Assembly (NCBI GenBank): GCA_963712115.1
Contig: CAVQGX010000014.1
Coordinates: forward strand, 1 to 64,000
Reading direction: 5' to 3'
From: an uncultured delta proteobacterium
Lineage (GTDB): Bacteria; Desulfobacterota; Syntrophobacteria; BM002
DNA: 64,000 nt
Shown in pieces: positions 61,044 through 64,000 of the stretch. The notes under the pieces were generated by a model. It saw only the letters and a list, made by a program, of their open reading frames with translations. It did no database searches and was not told where the DNA came from. Every line of letters begins with the position of its first letter. Position 1 is the first letter of the stretch. Both the position numbers and the translations under genes were made by a program.

Positions 61044-61239
61044 TTCTCAGCCGCTCCAATTCGTCCAGGGTAAGCTCGATATCAAAGGTACCGAGCTCTC
61101 TCCGAAGAGCCTCCCTGTTGTATTCTCTGACCAGAGCTCTGAGCCCAGCCTCAATGGCCTCTTTCTTAGATCTGGCCCCTATGGCTTCTATGGCGTCTTT
61201 CAACAATTTCTCGTCGATTACGACAGTGGTCTTACTCAT
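61033..61239 (-). CDS. vapB: VapB-family antitoxin
   Basis: MSKTTVVIDEKLL..A....SKKEAIEAGL; GGAG RBS; overlaps vapC. Confidence 0.85.
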   Translation of the reverse strand: MSKTTVVIDEKLLKDAIEAIGARSKKEAIEAGLRALVREYNREALRRELGTFDIELTLDELERLRNVE

Positions 61240-61304
61240 AGCCATCTCCATAATACATATTATCTGCACATCAATAATATACATACTGAACTGAAGTGTC
61301 AAGC

Positions 61305-61575
61305 GAGGGCAGAGGTCGGTGGGCAGAGGACAGTTTCACTAGGCACTAGGCACTCCCGCTGACGCGGTTGGAGGCAAGAATGCAGAGGTCGGAGATCAGA
61401 GGACAGACTTCAGCTGGCAGCCCTTCGACGGGCTCAGGGCCTAGCGGCGGACAGCTTCCCGCAAGACAAAGCTCATAGCCCAAAGCGGGAGAGAGTTGAT
61501 TAGAAAATTAGTTGATTGGTCAAAACGTTAGGAGGACGATGGCGGGCAGGCGATTTGAACGACTGGAATGTCGGT
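61305..61575 (+). repeat. Composite repeat spacer
   Basis: GGAGGTC, CACTAGG, TCCCGCTGACGCGGTTGGAGGCAAGAA block, TTAGTTGA. Confidence 0.75.
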
Positions 61576-61589
61576 CAGATTGTTTCTCG

Positions 61590-62009
61590 CTACGTGAGCC
61601 ATTCGACGGTTATTAGACCCTCTTTTTCAAGTGACTTGAACTCAGGGTCTCCAGTCAGCAGAGGACATTTGTTGATCATAGCCATAGCCGCAGCAAAGCA
61701 GTCGGCATAAGAAATAGGATGATTTGCCTTCACGGTGGCAGCCTGCAAAAGTAGTTTTTCATCAATGTATTCAACAATTTTCAGGGGAAGAGCTTTAATT
61801 CTAGAATAAGCAAGATCTGCCAAGGTCTGACCTTGTTCCCTTAGCGTGATATAAAAGACTTCGCCCAAATGAATTGCATGGAAGTATAGCCGAGGGTCTC
61901 CCTTTTTTGCATTGGTAAGGAGCTCTTGAATCCGGCCAGAGAAAGACTCATTCTCGAGGTATCCTATCACAGCATAACTATCCAGCACGAAGCTATTTGG
62001 CCTTTGCAC
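61590..62009 (-). CDS. vapC: PIN-domain (VapC) toxin
   Basis: VLDSYAVI, GEV.Y, ISYADCFA, LTGDPEF. Confidence 0.88.
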   Translation of the reverse strand: MQRPNSFVLDSYAVIGYLENESFSGRIQELLTNAKKGDPRLYFHAIHLGEVFYITLREQGQTLADLAYSRIKALPLKIVEYIDEKLLLQAATVKANHPISYADCFAAAMAMINKCPLLTGDPEFKSLEKEGLITVEWLT

Positions 62010-62253
62010 CTTTTTTCTTCTCCCTCAGCTTTTCCAGTTCTTTTTCCTTCATATAGGCTTTCAATATCCCAGAACCCTCCAACATCCCTCGAGCAGCTTT
62101 AATAGGATCCTCAGATTCAGGCACGATCAAGATTCCTTCCTCACTTTCGATCCACCGTATGGCGGTTGCTGGATGTATCCCATACTTTTCCCGCAACCAT
62201 TTGGGGATTACAACCTGCCCTTTTGACGTAACCTTTGACACGACGGTTTTCAT
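61993..62253 (-). CDS. AbrB/MazE-family antitoxin
   Basis: VTSKGQVVIPKWLREKYGI. Confidence 0.88.
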   Translation of the reverse strand: MKTVVSKVTSKGQVVIPKWLREKYGIHPATAIRWIESEEGILIVPESEDPIKAARGMLEGSGILKAYMKEKELEKLREKKKGAKAK

Positions 62254-62449
62254 ATAAACTCCCTTAAGAGGCTGTACGATAAACTTATACTCCCCCTCCC
62301 CCCTTTATCCCCTCCCGCCAGGGGAGGGGAAAGGTGTCCTCAGAGTAAAGCACTCTTTCGCTAATAGCTAATATCAACGTAGTCTAAAAGTAAGAATTAA
62401 TCAAGTCTTAATTCTTACTTTTTTTAGTCTGTGATTGATGACTGAGACG

Positions 62450-63210
62450 GTTGAAGTCTGAATCAACCGCAGATTCACTCCAGTGGAATAGGATAATTCA
62501 TTCAACAGGGCAGACGCTGACATATTGTTTTTTTTGGCACGGGTCCCGCCCTGCGGGACACACGGATTTCACGGATAACAAGAATTTCTTAACCGCAGAC
62601 GGCCGCAGACCACCGCAGACTTTAAACACTTCATTGTGGACACTTTAACGATCGCTCAAAAGCATAACGGGGACGTCCCGCAGTCACTAATAAGCAAGCT
62701 TATTATCGCCTGCGAGGACTCCCTTTCTCACCGATCTACTCGATCGGCTTCCCGCTGTGCGGGAGCTTTTAAGCGATCAGTGCACTCTTATGTTCCTCCG
62801 GTTCCGACCCATTGAGATTATTGACAAGCGCAGACGAGTTTAGCAGGCAGATGACAGCGGACAGCCCCAATATGTTGGAGGTTGGAGGTGTGAGGTTGGA
62901 GGCAAGAACCCAGAGGTCAGAGGACGGAGGACAGAGGGCAGATGGCAGATTGATTTTCGTCAATTAGTCAATTCGTTGATTAGTTAATTCGTCAAATCGC
63001 CGATTGATCATTTGTTGTATTTGATTGTCTGCGGTCGACAAAAAAGGCGGGCACAGTTCAGCCGGGAGATTGTAGCTGGCAGGTTTTAACTAGGCACTTG
63101 GAACTAAGCACTTGGAACTAAGCACTAGGCACAATCTTTGGCGAGACTGGCGAGACGAGACGAGCGAGACGGGGAAAAAGATAAGGCGGGCACGAAGGCC
63201 CGCCCCATTC
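62450..63210 (+). repeat. Composite repeat region with palindromic inserts and a GATCGC-ended element
   Basis: AACCGCAGA, CACGGAT, TTGGAGG, GGAGGAC, TTAGTCAA, CACTTGG/CTAAG arrays; element about 62648..62779. Confidence 0.7.
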
Positions 63211-63296
63211 ACAGGTAAGGGGTTAGAGGTTATAGGCAAAACCAAACTTGCTCTTGCTTGCTTCTTTTCTTGCCTCAGACCTCCAACCGTGAAATT

Positions 63297-64000
63297 TTAA
63301 ACCTGATATTTTTTCCTTCTATAAATCAGCGCGTAGATACTCAGTACACTGATTATCAGCATAAAACCGAGCAGAATCAACGTCGCGAGAGAACTCCTAA
63401 CCAGGATGTAGCTCACTCCCGCAAGTGGCGTGAGCAGGACACGGACGATGGGTTGTAACCAGTCGTGCTCTTCAATGTAACTCGCTGTGTGCAGCTTCAC
63501 ATGGGGTTCTATGTACGTACCAGAAGCCGCGGTGGCTATAAAGCAACCACCTCCTGCACCTGAATCAGCTGCGACAGACTCCACAACTCCACTTGGATCA
63601 ACAATAACTCCATTCGCTACGCCATCGCTATCACCTTGACCACCGTCCTTAAGTTCAACTGTGACGGACTTCCCATCCGGATTAAAGGTTACGTACTGAG
63701 TGTAGTCCCGCCAACCATTGACGGTATCATAGAGGTAGAAGCTATTGGCCCCTGAAATATCTTCCGAATAGTAGACTGTGACATTTACGGTGTCACCGAC
63801 CTGGTTCAAACGGAGCCGGTAGGCAGCCAGTCCGAACAAGAAGTTTTTCGGCTTATTCTTCTTGTCCAAGATCTCGGAAGGATGAATTGGCTCTAGCAGC
63901 TCAATGCTTTTAATTGAAGCGGAAGCCTTGTTGACACCGAGAGGCTTTTTGCCGGCAACGGCTGAGTGTGCAGATTTAATGACGTCTGGTTGGTCGTTAT
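63297..64000 (-). CDS. Surface protein C-terminus (choice-of-anchor U-like domain plus GGGCFIATA CFI-box-type sorting tail), 5'-partial
   Basis: FGL..YRL, KDGGQGDSDGVANGVIVDPSG, GGGCFIATAA, TM segment and RRKK; the frame stays open to the window edge. Confidence 0.75.
   Translation of the reverse strand, partial: NDQPDVIKSAHSAVAGKKPLGVNKASASIKSIELLEPIHPSEILDKKNKPKNFLFGLAAYRLRLNQVGDTVNVTVYYSEDISGANSFYLYDTVNGWRDYTQYVTFNPDGKSVTVELKDGGQGDSDGVANGVIVDPSGVVESVAADSGAGGGCFIATAASGTYIEPHVKLHTASYIEEHDWLQPIVRVLLTPLAGVSYILVRSSLATLILLGFMLIISVLSIYALIYRRKKYQV

Noticed and set aside
58170-62340. Classical integron
   Set aside because: No tyrosine integrase and no consistent RYYYAAC..GTTRRRY attC structure recognised.
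1-64000. tRNA, rRNA or known riboswitch
   Set aside because: None recognised by eye; tRNAscan-SE and Infernal runs would be needed to exclude them.

Overview
Bacterial chromosomal DNA whose gene content suggests a deltaproteobacterium (Desulfobacterota-like; inference). Several conserved genes are broken by single-base indels, most likely uncorrected read or assembly errors. 1-33 kb is an exopolysaccharide/PEP-CTERM locus: a carbamoyltransferase-SxtJ-DUF5989-SGNH module, metK, three SAM methyltransferases, a B12 radical SAM enzyme, hpt, GT4/GT2 glycosyltransferases, a polysaccharide deacetylase, VanZ, exosortase+EpsI, prsK-prsR, a PEP-CTERM gene missed by the ORF track, prsT and an NDP-sugar dehydrogenase. 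33-64 kb is accessory: toxin-antitoxin modules (two pairs duplicated about 24.6 kb apart), three PilZ proteins, two ExeA-type ATPases, a TAXI binding protein, small Cys-rich proteins, IS1595/IS3/IS630, a second exosortase-EpsI pair with a PEP-CTERM gene, and CFI-box-type surface proteins. The most unusual signal is non-coding: (i) a ~270 bp element holding only a GIY-YIG nuclease gene between 12-bp inverted repeats, inserted in a four-helix-bundle gene, with gene-less relatives elsewhere in the window; (ii) many 25-50 bp palindromes inserted into each other without target duplication, one in frame in a PilZ gene; (iii) 7-9 bp tandem-repeat arrays that nest like brackets around small genes and separate a cassette-like TA array. 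Two candidate sigma54-driven sRNAs also appear. No rRNA, tRNA or CRISPR array was recognised.
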